From contig JAUJGA010000165.1 of assembly GCA_042095675.1 (NCBI GenBank), positions 1 through 41,405 of the forward strand: a DNA stretch of 41,405 nt, in the 5' to 3' direction. The position numbers were made by a program, and so were the translations under genes. Each line of letters opens with the position of its first letter. Positions within the stretch are counted from its first letter, which is position 1. Source of the DNA: Gammaproteobacteria bacterium (GTDB lineage Bacteria > Pseudomonadota > Gammaproteobacteria > GRL18). Shown here piece after piece: positions 10,405-20,483 of this stretch. The notes under the pieces were generated by a model. The model was not told the DNA's origin, made no database searches, and worked only from the letters and a program-made list of their open reading frames with translations.

Positions 10405-11847
10405 ATGACAAAAATAATCAAAGATCTTCGTACTTTTAAATTTTCAAAAACAAAACTTGATAAAGTTTCATATTCTGATTCAGATAAAGATATTGTTTAT
10501 CATGATACTGACTCTTATGGTCTAAAGTTAAGGGTGACAAAAAATCAAAAAACTTTTTATTTTATTCGTAAACTAAATGGTAAAACCATAAAAGTAAAAA
10601 TTGGGCTATTTTCTCATAGCTATACGGATGCAAAAACTCGTGAACTAATAACGGTTGAAAATGCTAGAAAAATAAATTCTCAAATTAAAACTAAAATTGA
10701 AAAAGGTGAAGAATTTAGCCGTAAAGATAATACTCTAACAGAAGTTGAAAGTTTTAGTGTAGATGATGCAATGGAACAATTTATTGAATTATTTAAAATT
10801 GATATAAAAATAGGGCTAAGGGTTGAACAAAGTTTAGTCAGGATTGTCCAGGATTATAATAATCATATAAAAAAACATTTAGGTAGTAAACAATTTGCTA
10901 CTGTAAAAAAGACTGAAATTAAAAAAGTACTCTTTAATATCAAAAAGAAATCATTTAATGTCTACAATAAATGCCTAACTTTGCTAAAAAGTTTATATTA
11001 TAAAATTATTGATTTTAATGAGTTATCTATTGAAAATCCAGTCTGCTCTGAGAGTTTAAAAAAAGTTCCGTCAACCAAGCGTACCCGATTTTTACAGCCT
11101 TCTGAAATAAAAAAATTCTTTGAAGCCGTTTTAGAAGAAGATTTAATTTATCAGGATATTATCTTATGTCTGTTGTTTACAGCACAGAGAAAATTAAATG
11201 TATTGTCGATGAGGTGGTCATCACTGGATTTAAAAAATGGCTTGTGGCATTTAACAAAAAAAGAGGTTAAGGGAAAAAATGCCATTGCCGTGCCGCTCAA
11301 TAAAATATTGGTTTCCAGGTTAGCTGATAGATATCATCACTGTGATAAAAATTCAAATTACGTTTTCCCCAGCTCAAGATCGAAAACAGGTCATATTTCT
11401 GAAAAAACAGGGAAAGGCTCTTTTTGGTCAAGAATCCGCATCAGGGCGGGTTTATGGCATGAGGATAAGGATACTCGGGTTGTTTTGCATGATCTGAGGA
11501 AAAGCCTTGCATCTTATCAGGCAATCAATAATAGTAGCCTACAAATTATTGCAGATACCCTGGGCCAAAAAGATTTAAAACAAACTCAGATTTATGCCAG
11601 ACTACAAACCAAAGTGGTGGGAGAGAGTATGAATAGTGCGATTGATTCAATCATTTCCAATGTAGAAGGTGATCAGAGTTTAATGAGTGCCATGCAATTT
11701 GAACGAACTGAAAAAACTCAATCTACATTAAGTTCGCTATTTAAAAAAATAATTAGCCTTGATGTCATCAGAAATAATTCAGAATTTAGCGATGATGTGT
11801 CTCAATTGTTTAAAAAAATAACAGAAAAAGATTTGATCTTAACTTAG
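10405..11847 (+). CDS. Phage/island tyrosine integrase with N-terminal arm-binding domain
   Basis: GLKLRVT...KTFYF...KIG arm-binding domain; catalytic R (TAQRK), K, HDLRKS, LGQ (His normally), Y (TQIYA). Confidence 0.88.
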   Translation: MTKIIKDLRTFKFSKTKLDKVSYSDSDKDIVYHDTDSYGLKLRVTKNQKTFYFIRKLNGKTIKVKIGLFSHSYTDAKTRELITVENARKINSQIKTKIEKGEEFSRKDNTLTEVESFSVDDAMEQFIELFKIDIKIGLRVEQSLVRIVQDYNNHIKKHLGSKQFATVKKTEIKKVLFNIKKKSFNVYNKCLTLLKSLYYKIIDFNELSIENPVCSESLKKVPSTKRTRFLQPSEIKKFFEAVLEEDLIYQDIILCLLFTAQRKLNVLSMRWSSLDLKNGLWHLTKKEVKGKNAIAVPLNKILVSRLADRYHHCDKNSNYVFPSSRSKTGHISEKTGKGSFWSRIRIRAGLWHEDKDTRVVLHDLRKSLASYQAINNSSLQIIADTLGQKDLKQTQIYARLQTKVVGESMNSAIDSIISNVEGDQSLMSAMQFERTEKTQSTLSSLFKKIISLDVIRNNSEFSDDVSQLFKKITEKDLILT

Positions 11848-11860
11848 ACAAATCAAATAG

Positions 11861-11909
11861 AATTGGAAATAGAAGGGGAGTTTTAACAATTTCTCTTCTA
11901 TTTTCAATT
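11861..11909 (+). terminator. Hairpin downstream of integrase
   Basis: AATTGGAAATAGAAGGGGAG / TTTCTCTTCTATTTTCAATT imperfect inverted repeat with G-U pairs. Confidence 0.45.
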
Positions 11910-13120
11910 GATATTATTACTTCATTCTTAAAATAGTTACAAAATTTAATGCTAATATGGAAATTTAAAATCAGGAAAATTAATTGGAAAATAAAATATC
12001 AAATATAAGCAAACTGGTAGTTAATAATGATTAGAGTAATATTATTTTTAGTTCTGGTGTTAAAAAAGGATTAATAAGTAAAGTATTACTACAGTTATGT
12101 TCAGGAATTATTAATGGATTTATAAATTATTTTTGGAGTTTTTATATAGGTATTTTGTAAGAAAATTATGTGTATCTGTATTGATAGCACGTGATGAAGA
12201 GTTGTTTGGCTGAAATTCAGACAAGTATTCATCTTACCCTTCAATCACCTTATATGCATGTCATCATAGAGAATGATGGGGCGAGATGAAAAGAGAAAGT
12301 GCAATAATTTGATAGAAGAAGTAAAAAATGCTGATGTTGCTAAAATTAAACTTAATGGTAATTTTGGATTTTTGTACTTTGCCGCATAATTAGCACCTTC
12401 TTATTTAATCATTAATACATAGCGGTAATTATATGAACAGGACAATATATGGATTTGATATGAAATTCAAATCTTGATCAGTTCTTAATCAAGTAAAAAA
12501 TGACCTATTTCAGTAATTGAAGACAGCTCTTACTTGCAGGCTTAATTTCCGGTTAGCGGCCATTTCAAAACTGTGTCTAATTTGTTATTATCAACTTTTC
12601 ATCAATATGTAAACATAAACTGAACGGAAGTTCGTTACTCTAAGCACTCATTCACTTTAACCATCAAGAATTTGTATTTTTCTCTATGGTGGCCATACAA
12701 AATATAAACTCAAAATTTGCTAATTTCCATAAGGTAGAGCTATTAAACTTTTCTGCCACTGATAAGTTAGAAAAGTTACTGATTTTTGTGTTTCCCTTTA
12801 TCAATCCCATGATACAGAACACCCTGACAAGAAAATCATGTACTTTTGTTGTATAAAATGGTTCCTAATTCTTTGAGGGTTGTTGTGACAATTTCATTAT
12901 CCTGGCACTGCACAACCTTAAAAGATTTCTCCATCTATAGATAACACGAGCGGTGAATGAATACTTTAGTGCTCAGGATAATTATGATCTTCCTTATAAA
13001 ACTTTTAAAAAAGTATCACTACTCGAGCTTGGCTTTAGATTGAGGGGGTTACTTCAAGCTATTTAAGCCCTCCTAAGCTCCATTTTAAAAAAGGAGGGAC
13101 TAAAATCAAAAAAAAATTAA

Positions 13121-13134
13121 TTGATTTTAATCAA
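13121..13134. promoter_or_regulatory. FNR/CRP-family (FNR/ANR/DNR) box
   Basis: TTGAT-TTTA-ATCAA, a perfect match to TTGAT-N4-ATCAA, upstream of the idr operon. Confidence 0.65.
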
Positions 13135-13178
13135 TAAAACATCAATTGAATAAATGTTTAAATTGACCGATGCTTTTT

Positions 13179-13199
13179 ATTTGAACAATTTGTTCAAAT
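13179..13199. promoter_or_regulatory. Palindromic upstream activator site, copy 1
   Basis: ATTTGAACAA-T-TTGTTCAAAT; the 17-bp core is identical to 34537-34553; centre about 135 bp upstream of the sigma54 GG. Confidence 0.75.
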
Positions 13200-13321
13200 T
13201 GAATTTGTTTTTCCTGATTTTCTGAACAAGTTAGCCATAAATTCCTGAAAAAGAATACTATATTAAGGTGTTTTTCTATTAAATAAAAAATAAGTCTTTG
13301 AAAAAAAAGAAAAAAACATGA

Positions 13322-13338
13322 TGGGTATAATTTTTGCA
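13322..13338 (+). promoter_or_regulatory. Sigma54 promoter of the idr operon
   Basis: TGGGTATAATTTTTGCA = GG-N10-GC with TTGCA. Confidence 0.65.
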
Positions 13339-13453
13339 AATAAGATGATTGTTTAATTAGTTAGTTTAGAAGTGGGTTCATTGGAATTCAGTGTAAAAAT
13401 AATTTTTAATGAACTTACTATATTCATCATAATGATCTTAGTGGAGGAAACCT

Positions 13454-14575
13454 ATGGGTATCCGAGCAACAAAAAAACGACTACTCGTTTCAGTTGCAAT
13501 GGGTTTGGGGTTAGTAGTGACTATGAATGCGCAAGCAGCGTCACAATATCCTGATATCGGCCCACTGCCAGCTGTAAAAATTAATAAGGCAAAAGCGGAA
13601 CTGGGCAAACGCCTGTTCTTTGACCCACGTCTTTCAGGTGATGCTGCAATCTCTTGCGCCACTTGTCACAACCCTGAAAAAGGTTATGCAGATGGTATGG
13701 CATTATCTGCGGGTTATCCTGGGAATAAGCATTTCAGAAACAGCCCAACAGTAATTAACGCAGTACATAAAAATCGCTGGAACTGGGACGGTCGTCTTGG
13801 TACTAATCTTAATGATGTAACTCGTGGCATGCTCACTGAAGATTATATTATGAATATGGATATGCGTATTATGCAGGAACGTGTTAAACAGGATCCTGAA
13901 TACGTTAAAATGTTTAAAGCTGCTGGTTATGGCGAGCCTTCTAATGGTTCTGTTCGTAAAGCTATTCCAGAATATCTGAAAACATTGACTTCTAAAAATG
14001 TGCCTTTTGACAGTGGCAAAATGTCAGCCTCTGCAAAACGCGGAAAGTCTTTATTTAAAGGAAAAGCTGCTTGTATTCAGTGTCATAATGGCGCTAATTT
14101 CACAGATGGTAAGGCATATAATACTGGTGTTGCAGAAAACTGGGATGTATTTATGGATACCGATCGTCACCAGGCATTTCTTGCCTACAATATGTTTATG
14201 GGTGTAGAGAATTACAATAGCCTAAAACGTGATGCCGGAGCTCATATCCATCAGCATAATGCAGATAAATCAGATATGGGTACATTCTTAACGCCTTCAC
14301 TACGTGAACTGACTCATACTGCACCTTATATGCATAACGGTATGGTTAAGTCCTTGGAAGATGTAGTTGCGTTCTATAATAATGGTGGTGGTGAAGATTC
14401 CAATAAAGACAGCCGTATCAAGAAGCTTGGTCTGAGTGGTTCAGAACAGCAGGATTTGGTTGCATTTTTGAAATCCTTATCAGGTGATCATTTAACAGGC
14501 GACAAGTATGTGTGGTCTGAAGCCTATCCTGATGAATATGAAGCCATTGAAAACTGGCGTCAAGTCAAAAACTAG
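13454..14575 (+). CDS. idrP2: Diheme cytochrome c peroxidase/MauG-like protein, IdrP2-like
   Basis: Sec signal; LFFDPRLSG, CATCH, CIQCH, TPSLR, APYMHNG; GGAGG RBS. P1/P2 labels are assigned by position relative to idrB. Confidence 0.75.
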   Translation: MGIRATKKRLLVSVAMGLGLVVTMNAQAASQYPDIGPLPAVKINKAKAELGKRLFFDPRLSGDAAISCATCHNPEKGYADGMALSAGYPGNKHFRNSPTVINAVHKNRWNWDGRLGTNLNDVTRGMLTEDYIMNMDMRIMQERVKQDPEYVKMFKAAGYGEPSNGSVRKAIPEYLKTLTSKNVPFDSGKMSASAKRGKSLFKGKAACIQCHNGANFTDGKAYNTGVAENWDVFMDTDRHQAFLAYNMFMGVENYNSLKRDAGAHIHQHNADKSDMGTFLTPSLRELTHTAPYMHNGMVKSLEDVVAFYNNGGGEDSNKDSRIKKLGLSGSEQQDLVAFLKSLSGDHLTGDKYVWSEAYPDEYEAIENWRQVKN

Positions 14576-14593
14576 CGTCCAGGAGATTAATGT

Positions 14594-15850
14594 ATGAAAA
14601 AAACAATGAAAACTCTAATAGGAACAGGTACTCTTTTAGCAGGTGCAGTTTCATTAGCGATGCTTTCAGGTTGTGAAAGTACAACTGCGAAAGATGAAGG
14701 CTTTAAAGGTCAATTGAATGCAGTTTCTCAAACTGCAGTAGCAGCCAATAATGCGGCTTCAGGTCATGCGCCTTTGGCAGTATTACCTGCTATGCCGCCA
14801 ATTCCTGCGGATAATAAGCAAAGTGATGCGAAAGTGGAACTTGGTAAGTTATTATTCTTTGATCCAAGACTAGGTGGAGATGCTTCTATTTCCTGTGCCA
14901 GTTGTCATGATCCTGAACAGGGTTGGGCATGGGCTGAAGATTTCTCACGTGGTTATCCGGGCACAGTTCACTGGCGTAATAGTCAGTCAATTATGAACTC
15001 AGGTCATTATCCGGGTTCTTTCTGGGCAAATTCAGTGACTTCTTTAGAAGCACAGGCGCCATCAGCAGCAAAAGGTGGTGTAGCGGGTAATGGTGAAAAT
15101 GACATCATGACTGCACGTCTGGCACTGATTCCTGAATATCGTCAGCGTTTTAAAGAAGTTTTTGGTGATGATTATCCAAGAATTAAAAATGCCTGGCGAG
15201 CAATTGCAGCTTTTGAACGTACTATTAACCAGACAAGTAGTCCGATTGATAGTTATTTAAGTGGTGATAAGACTGCTTTGAGTGCTGAGCAAGTACGTGG
15301 TAAGGCATTATTTGAAGGTAAGGCCGGTTGTATCCAATGTCATAATGGTGCATTAGCATCTGATATGGAAATGTACAATATCGGTGTTCCACCTGCAAAA
15401 CGTTGGGAAGAAGATGGTTTAGCACAGATTACCTTCCGTTTTGAACTCTACGCCAAGGGTTCAAATGAGAAACTTTATCGTTCTGCTAAGGCTGATCCCG
15501 GTGCTTACTTCCGTGGTAAGAACAAGTGGAATTTAGGTAAGTTCCGTACTCCATCATTACGTTATACAATGTATACAGCGCCTTATATGCATAATGGTGC
15601 ATTCTATACATTAGAGGAAGTGGTTGACTTCTATAATGCTGGCGGTTTTGATGAAGAAGGTCGTACAACAGGCTGGCCAAAAACCAAGTCCAAGTTGATC
15701 AAACCCCTGGGGCTGACTGATGATGAAAAAGGTGATTTGATTGCATTTATTGAATCATTCTCAGGTGATGAAATTCTAATGGCTAAGCCAACACTACCTG
15801 AATATGCGCCCATGTTTACTTTAGATGAACTTAAGGAAGCAAAAAAATGA
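14594..15850 (+). CDS. idrP1: Diheme cytochrome c peroxidase-like lipoprotein, IdrP1-like
   Basis: Lipobox LSGC; CASCH, CIQCH, FRTPSLR, APYMHNG; paralogous to the preceding gene and overlaps the idrB start. Confidence 0.75.
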   Translation: MKKTMKTLIGTGTLLAGAVSLAMLSGCESTTAKDEGFKGQLNAVSQTAVAANNAASGHAPLAVLPAMPPIPADNKQSDAKVELGKLLFFDPRLGGDASISCASCHDPEQGWAWAEDFSRGYPGTVHWRNSQSIMNSGHYPGSFWANSVTSLEAQAPSAAKGGVAGNGENDIMTARLALIPEYRQRFKEVFGDDYPRIKNAWRAIAAFERTINQTSSPIDSYLSGDKTALSAEQVRGKALFEGKAGCIQCHNGALASDMEMYNIGVPPAKRWEEDGLAQITFRFELYAKGSNEKLYRSAKADPGAYFRGKNKWNLGKFRTPSLRYTMYTAPYMHNGAFYTLEEVVDFYNAGGFDEEGRTTGWPKTKSKLIKPLGLTDDEKGDLIAFIESFSGDEILMAKPTLPEYAPMFTLDELKEAKK

Positions 15851-16449
15851 GCGAAATAACTAATATAGGCCAAGAGCCGATAAAAAAAGATGACTCAGCA
15901 GAAGCACATGGTAAGTGCATGCTGAATCGTCGTAAGTTTTTAATGTACAGTGGCGGTACGGCAGCAGCGGCAAGCACAGTTTCTATTACTTTGTTTGCAG
16001 GTACTGCACAGGCTGAAACTCGCCAGGCTCGAGTACAGGGTTATCCCCGTAAACTCGTGGCTAAATTGAGTGAGTTGAAAGATCATACGCCGGTTGATTT
16101 TAATTACCCGGATGATGGTCCGAACTCTCAGGCAATGATAGTTAAAATGGGTAATGTGCAAGCGGGCGGAGGTGTTGGTGGCAAACGAGATGTAGTTGCG
16201 TTCAGCTATATGTGTACTCACCAGGGCGGTCCTCTGCAAAATACCTATAAGCATGTCGGCGATCAACGTGTCATGGGACAATGTCCTCTGCACTTGTCAA
16301 CATATGACTTAAGACGCCATGGTATTATTGTTTCCGGTCAGGCTTATCAAAGTCTGCCTCAGGTTCTACTGGAAGTAGACGGAGACAATGTATATGCCGT
16401 TGGTATAATGGGACTGTTATTTGGTCGTCAAGATAATTTGAGCGCATAG
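15847..16449 (+). CDS. idrB: Rieske [2Fe-2S] small subunit of iodate reductase (AioB-like)
   Basis: Tat signal NRRKFL; CTHQG and CPLH ligand boxes; GQAYQSLPQV AioB-family C-terminus. Confidence 0.82.
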   Translation: MSEITNIGQEPIKKDDSAEAHGKCMLNRRKFLMYSGGTAAAASTVSITLFAGTAQAETRQARVQGYPRKLVAKLSELKDHTPVDFNYPDDGPNSQAMIVKMGNVQAGGGVGGKRDVVAFSYMCTHQGGPLQNTYKHVGDQRVMGQCPLHLSTYDLRRHGIIVSGQAYQSLPQVLLEVDGDNVYAVGIMGLLFGRQDNLSA

Positions 16450-16458
16450 GAGAAAATA

Positions 16459-19155
16459 ATGAGTATAGATTATTATCAAGCAAAAGATCATGCGCCATTA
16501 CCACCTAAGAATGCAGACGTTTTAACGACTGCTTGTGATTATTGTATTGTTGCATGTGGCTATAAAGTATATCGTTGGCCGGTAGGCGCGAAAAATGGCG
16601 GTATGAAAGCCTCTGAAAATGCCTTTGGTGTCGATTTTCCATCTAATATGTTACAAACATGGGTTGCTCCTACGCAGCACAATATTTGTACACATAATGG
16701 TAAAAAGCATAATGTTGTTATTGTGCCTGATAAGGATACCACTGTGGTTAACACTAATGGTGATTCCTCCATTCGTGGTGGTTTGCTAGCACAGAAATGT
16801 TATAACCCTGACAGCAAAACAAAGGACCGTTTAAAAACACCTTTAGTTCGTGTTAATGGTGTTTTAACACCAATGTCCTGGGATGATGCTATTGATATTG
16901 CTGCATCTGTTGGCTCTCATGTGCTGGAAAAACATGGTGAAGCAGCCTATGGTGTGAAGACTTATTCATACCAGTATATTGAAAATACATATGCAATTAC
17001 CAAATATGCTTTGCGTCATGTCAATACACCGAACTTTACCTTCCACGATACACCGGCTGATGTGACATCAACGCCTGGTTTCCGTGATGCAGGTTTTGAT
17101 AATTTCGGTCCAAGTTATGATGACTGGGGTTCAGCTGAAACTCTGATGATTTGTGGTACTGACCCATATGAAACTAAGTCGGTTCTATTTACCCAGCATA
17201 TTATGCCTGGTATCGCCAATGGTATGAAAGTAATTGCTCTGAATCCTCGTGATACAGCTGGTATTGCTTATATCAAGAAGATGGGTGGTTTACATCTTGA
17301 TGTATTCCCTGGTTCAGATAACTTAGTTTTAGGTGCGATTGCACGTATTATTATGAAAAATGGCTGGGAAGATTCTGACTGGATCAAACAGTGGGTTAAT
17401 AACAAGTGGGAATCTAACTCTGGTTTCGGTCAGGGTACTCGTAATACTCCATGGCAGTGGCGTACTACCTGGGGTAAGTTCCAGACTAAGGGTTATGAGG
17501 ACTACAAGAAGTGGAACTTAGGCCAGAAGGAATATGATCCTGCTTATGCCGCCAAGAAAGCTGGTGTAGATGTTAAGAAATTATACACAGCAGCTGAATG
17601 GTTAGCCAAGCCGGTTAATGGCAAGCGTCCTAAGACATCAATTGGTATTGAGAAAGGCTTCTATTGGTCTAACAACACTGGTAACACCAATGCAATTAGT
17701 TCTTTAGCAACTATTTGTGGTGCTGGTGGTCGTCCGGGTCAGGTTGTTGGTCGCTTTGGTGGTCACCAGCGTGGTGGTCAGAAAGGTGGTGGTTATCCAC
17801 GTAATAAGTCTGCTCAGAAAGTACCTGGACGTCGTCGTCAGGCTCTGGATACAGATAGATGGATGTATTCTGGTCATACTCGTTTTGCACATGTGATTGG
17901 TACTACCTGGATTCAGTCTATGACTGGTTCGCAGGGCTTAGCCAAAAAGTTTGAAGAACTTGTGGTTAAAAATCCTAATCAAGTACGTTCCAACAATAAA
18001 GCAGAAATTATTGCGACATTGAAAAAACGTGCAGATTCAGGTGGTATGGTGGTGATTAACCAGGATATTTACCTGCGTGATCCTATTGGTGCCAAGTTTG
18101 CCGACGTAGTATTCCCTGCAGCAACATGGGGTGAAGTTGACTTTATGCGTGCTAATGGCGAACGTCGTTTACGTTTATATCAGGCATTTAATGATGCACC
18201 GGGTGAAGCAAAACCAGACTGGGAAATTATTTCTCTATTGGCTCGCAAAATGGGCTTTGATGGTTTTGACTGGAAATCATCTAATGAGGTTGCTGAAGAA
18301 GCATCACGCTTTAGCCGTAAGGGACGTAAGAGTTTCCATATGGTGAAAGTGGCGGCGCATATCGAAGGCAAGTCTCTGCACCAGAAAATGCGTGAATTTG
18401 GTACAGATGGTATTCAGGGACCAACCATGTACAACTACAAAACAGGTATGTTGTATGGCACCAAGCGTCTTCATGACACCACTGTTGGTGAGAAGCAATT
18501 TACTGCCATGGGACTCTCTAATGGTCCAGTGAAAGAGAATCGCTACGGTAAGAAGATGACTCACTTTAACTCACAAACAGGTAAGATTAACCTGCAGAAA
18601 CACCCATGGAGCCTATTTGGTGACTTATGGGAATGGTTATCTCCAAAAGGTGATGAGTTATGGATGAGTAATGGTCGTGTCAATGAAGTCTGGCAGTCAG
18701 GTTTTGATGATGTCGAGCGACGTGAATATATTACTCAACGCTGGCCTGGAAACTGGGTTGAAATTAACCCGGCTGATGCTAAGAAGCGTGGTATTGAATC
18801 CGGTGATATGGTGATGATGTATTCTAACCGTGTGCCTGTATTCAAAGACACTGTCCTGGGTGTTCATGGTAAAGACTTCCAGTTCTCTGAACTGATGAAG
18901 AATGGCCATATCAAACTGGATAAAGGTTCTATCACAGCAATTGCTATTGTTACACCAGCTACTAAAAAGGGTGCAATGTATGGTAACTTCCTGGATATGA
19001 AACAGCCTAACAACTCTCTGACAATTCGTGTTCCTGATAATATTTCAGGTAACTATAATTATAAGATGGCGGTAGGTAAAGTGAAGAAGATCGGTGAGTC
19101 TGAGTTTAAGAATGACTTCCGTGGTATGTCCTTCGCTCCACGTAATATTACTTAA
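16459..19155 (+). CDS. idrA: Mo-bisPGD large subunit, iodate reductase IdrA (AioA-related DMSO reductase family)
   Basis: [3Fe-4S] motif CDYCIVAC...SIRG; HDTPADVTSTPG in place of AioA HNRPAYNSE; GGHQRGG; NGERRLR; no own signal peptide; clustered with two CcP-like genes. Confidence 0.82.
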   Translation: MSIDYYQAKDHAPLPPKNADVLTTACDYCIVACGYKVYRWPVGAKNGGMKASENAFGVDFPSNMLQTWVAPTQHNICTHNGKKHNVVIVPDKDTTVVNTNGDSSIRGGLLAQKCYNPDSKTKDRLKTPLVRVNGVLTPMSWDDAIDIAASVGSHVLEKHGEAAYGVKTYSYQYIENTYAITKYALRHVNTPNFTFHDTPADVTSTPGFRDAGFDNFGPSYDDWGSAETLMICGTDPYETKSVLFTQHIMPGIANGMKVIALNPRDTAGIAYIKKMGGLHLDVFPGSDNLVLGAIARIIMKNGWEDSDWIKQWVNNKWESNSGFGQGTRNTPWQWRTTWGKFQTKGYEDYKKWNLGQKEYDPAYAAKKAGVDVKKLYTAAEWLAKPVNGKRPKTSIGIEKGFYWSNNTGNTNAISSLATICGAGGRPGQVVGRFGGHQRGGQKGGGYPRNKSAQKVPGRRRQALDTDRWMYSGHTRFAHVIGTTWIQSMTGSQGLAKKFEELVVKNPNQVRSNNKAEIIATLKKRADSGGMVVINQDIYLRDPIGAKFADVVFPAATWGEVDFMRANGERRLRLYQAFNDAPGEAKPDWEIISLLARKMGFDGFDWKSSNEVAEEASRFSRKGRKSFHMVKVAAHIEGKSLHQKMREFGTDGIQGPTMYNYKTGMLYGTKRLHDTTVGEKQFTAMGLSNGPVKENRYGKKMTHFNSQTGKINLQKHPWSLFGDLWEWLSPKGDELWMSNGRVNEVWQSGFDDVERREYITQRWPGNWVEINPADAKKRGIESGDMVMMYSNRVPVFKDTVLGVHGKDFQFSELMKNGHIKLDKGSITAIAIVTPATKKGAMYGNFLDMKQPNNSLTIRVPDNISGNYNYKMAVGKVKKIGESEFKNDFRGMSFAPRNIT

Positions 19156-19166
19156 TATATTGCTTA

Positions 19167-19253
19167 AGCCGAGTCTTTACACGACTCGGCTGTGGTAAAT
19201 AAAAAGGTAACACAAAAGCCTGATACACTGTAAAAAGTGTATCAGGTTTTTTT
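19167..19253 (+). terminator. Hairpin plus rho-independent terminator after idrA
   Basis: AGCCGAGTC-N7-GACTCGGCT (19167-19191), then CCTGATACACT-N6-AGTGTATCAGG followed by a T-run to 19253. Confidence 0.85.
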
Positions 19254-19553
19254 AGGGGAAAAAGAAATTTTAATTCTGTACTGATTTTTCTAGGATAATA
19301 AGGGTTTGAATAACTGTCTTGTAATGAAGTTGTGATGATTGAATAATATTATAATTTGACTTCCAAGTATAAGAAGAGTTGATGCGAGTCAATGCATTGT
19401 TGTAGGTTGGTTAACTAAACTGTATCTATAGAAAGAGTTATGCTGTTAAAAATATATGACATTGTTGTAGCTGGATTAGTGTTACTTTCAACTAATAACA
19501 GTAAAAGCAGAAAATAGTCAAAAAAGAGAGCATGTCTCTCAATAGGAGTAGCA

Positions 19554-20432
19554 ATGAGCCAGGAAAACTCACCTTTTATGGTTAAAAACAGTGATCAATA
19601 TCAGAGTTGGCGCAGTACCAAATTAGAAAATTATCCAACAGGTATTGGAGACATAATTATTGAGGTAGTTGATCCCAAAAATCTTACAACTGCTGAATAT
19701 GATGCGATGTATGCCGCTATAGATAGTGCCAATATGGAGATTTACGTCTCAAAAGATACCAGTGAAGATAAAGATATTCCGCGAAGAATGGCCGAACAAT
19801 TTGATTTAAAGCGCCTGAATAACAATTTTATGGCCGATAGTGATGGTATAACTGAGTTGCGTATTAACAATGAAGGCAAACATCCAAAGTATATTCCCTT
19901 TACTAATCGGCCAATCAATTGGCATACAGACGGCTATTACAATAGTGAGCAGATCCATGGTCTACTGGTGCATTGTGTGCGATCAGCTGAAAATGCTGGT
20001 GATAGTGAGTTATTTGATTATGAAATGGCATACTTGCTGTTGCGGGACAAGTCGGAAGAGTATATAGAAGCATTTATGCAACCGGATGCCATGACTATTC
20101 CAGAGGGGGTTGATAATAAAGGTAATCCTCGCGGAAAATCAATAGGACCAGTTTTTTCTATAAATGATGATGGTACATTGCATATGCGTTATACCGTGCG
20201 CAAACATAATATTGTCTGGAAAGATGATGAGGTAACTAAAAAAGCTACCGCAGCTCTTTTAGGTATTTTAAATTCAGATAATCAATATGTATTTAAAGGT
20301 AGGTTAGAAGCAGGTATGGGGCTGGTTAGTCGTAACATAATCCATAAACGAACAGGTTTTGATAGTGCTGAGAGTTCAGAGAGGCTCTTCTACCGTGCAC
20401 GCTATTTTGATGGTATACCCCAAAGGGTATAA
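19554..20432 (+). CDS. TauD/TfdA-family Fe(II)/2-oxoglutarate dioxygenase-like protein
   Basis: WHTDGYYN (HxD) and N-x-x-H-x-R-T-G-F...R motif; AGGAG RBS. Confidence 0.8.
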   Translation: MSQENSPFMVKNSDQYQSWRSTKLENYPTGIGDIIIEVVDPKNLTTAEYDAMYAAIDSANMEIYVSKDTSEDKDIPRRMAEQFDLKRLNNNFMADSDGITELRINNEGKHPKYIPFTNRPINWHTDGYYNSEQIHGLLVHCVRSAENAGDSELFDYEMAYLLLRDKSEEYIEAFMQPDAMTIPEGVDNKGNPRGKSIGPVFSINDDGTLHMRYTVRKHNIVWKDDEVTKKATAALLGILNSDNQYVFKGRLEAGMGLVSRNIIHKRTGFDSAESSERLFYRARYFDGIPQRV

Positions 20433-20483
20433 TGGAATGGAGTATTTATGAGTTTTGCAAGTATCTCCTTGAATTAACACTTA

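Noticed and set aside
11910-13110. Genes or elements in the AT-rich gap after the integrase
   Set aside because: Only short broken frames that I could not assign; a purine/pyrimidine-tract repeat near 13040-13100 is too degenerate to call.
13454-15850. MauG / methylamine utilisation
   Set aside because: No mauAB genes; the context is the idr operon.
15847-19155. Arsenite oxidase aioBA
   Set aside because: AioA substrate-site segment is absent, two CcP-like genes are present, and no ars or aioXSR genes are nearby; Idr fits better.
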